Shown here: in pieces, positions 63,011 through 64,000 of the stretch | Position numbering within the stretch: position 1 is the first letter of the stretch | How the letters are laid out: every line of letters starts with the position of its first letter | Assembly: GCF_009914755.1 (NCBI RefSeq) | Contig: NC_060928.1 | Origin: the human T2T-CHM13v2.0 reference genome, Homo sapiens | Strand: one strand, 5' to 3' | DNA length: 64,000 nt | Notes under the pieces: model-generated | What the model was told of the DNA's origin: nothing | Databases searched by the model: none | What the model saw: only the letters and a program-made list of their open reading frames with translations | Translations under genes and position numbers: made by a program

Positions 63011-63703
63011 AATTTCTGTTTCTAAGACAATATCTGTTTATTATTTCAAGAAGAGTTAATTATTTCATGTACCTTCTTACAATGCTTATCTTTTAACAAA
63101 GTATTTCTAAATTTACAAAAAAACCTTCTTTTTTAAAATTTATTTTTCAAAGAAAAGTGTTAACAGCAGCCCTGTAATCTCTTCTGTCCTCGAGGCAGAT
63201 AAACACCAGGGAATAAATAGCCTAGAGGAGATCTACTTATAAACAAGCTGATGACTTTAACTCATCTCATAAACATGTTAATGGTTCTTATTAGGGGAAA
63301 GATACTAGAGTCCTCATGTATAAAATATTTTGAGAAAGATATACCTAGTCATTCTAGACTCCTCACTGTAAATAATTCTGAACTTCGTGGATTCATGCAA
63401 CGTGGCTAATTAGAGAACAGAAGCATCTTTGTAGAAACCAGCTTCTATTTATGTAATCAACAGGGTATAAATCATAACTGTTCAGAAAGGAAAATGACTT
63501 CTTTTTCTAACCAGTATTTATCCTTATCTTGTTCATAATCCTCACTGCTAATCTAGAACCAAAATATTTTCCCAATGTGAGTAAATAGAGGTGACTTTAA
63601 AAGCTGCATTTAAAGATTTCAGAATACAAGAGAAATCCCTCATTTATACATGATGTTTGTTTATCTCTTTTGAATCACTAGATATGTTATATGTTGATAT
63701 ATG

Positions 63704-63885
63704 GTGTGTGTGTGTGTGTTTGTGTGTGCATATGTATGTTTATATGTTTTTTATGTCAATAATATAAATATAAAATTATATATCTATGTAATAAATATAT
63801 AAAAATTATATTTTACTATGATTTTATATATAATCATATATGATTATACACATATATATCTATAGAATCATATATAAATATATGT
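63704..63885. repeat. (TG)n followed by an AT-rich low-complexity tract
   Basis: Direct observation. Confidence 0.85.
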
Positions 63886-64000
63886 AAATTGCCTAATTCT
63901 GATATGGCAATTCAACCTTTTGTGATAAAAGAAATGTGTATTTGTTTTATTGTGTTTTATTTCTTTGTTATTTGTAAACCATCTATCATAAGCTGTCAAT

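Overview
This is an AT-rich, gene-poor primate window (great ape, probably human) made mostly of transposable-element remnants. No host protein-coding gene, structural RNA gene or CRISPR array is supportable; the long ORFs are L1 ORF0/ORF1/ORF2 or chance frames inside repeats. Main contents: a four-layer nested stack at the left edge (ERVL/MLT2 > Tigger3 > L1MA > THE1D), a full-length HSMAR2 mariner, a complete THE1B provirus, two young L1PA2-like elements about 18 kb apart (one twin-primed with a 5' inversion, one near full length but inactivated and lacking its YY1 site), a second older twin-primed L1 inside a Tigger3, a MER52 LTR inside MER44, and many Alu, L2, MIR and solo LTR copies. I found no convincing new biological system. 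The most unusual structures are a fold-back inverted duplication through a MER2 (21.26-21.87 kb), apparently non-consensus variants shared by the two young L1s, an AT-rich palindrome (48.95-49.2 kb), a possible minus-strand exon (30.15-30.26 kb) and an unidentified pseudogene-like segment split by THE1B. Subfamily names come from recalled consensus sequences, not a RepeatMasker run.
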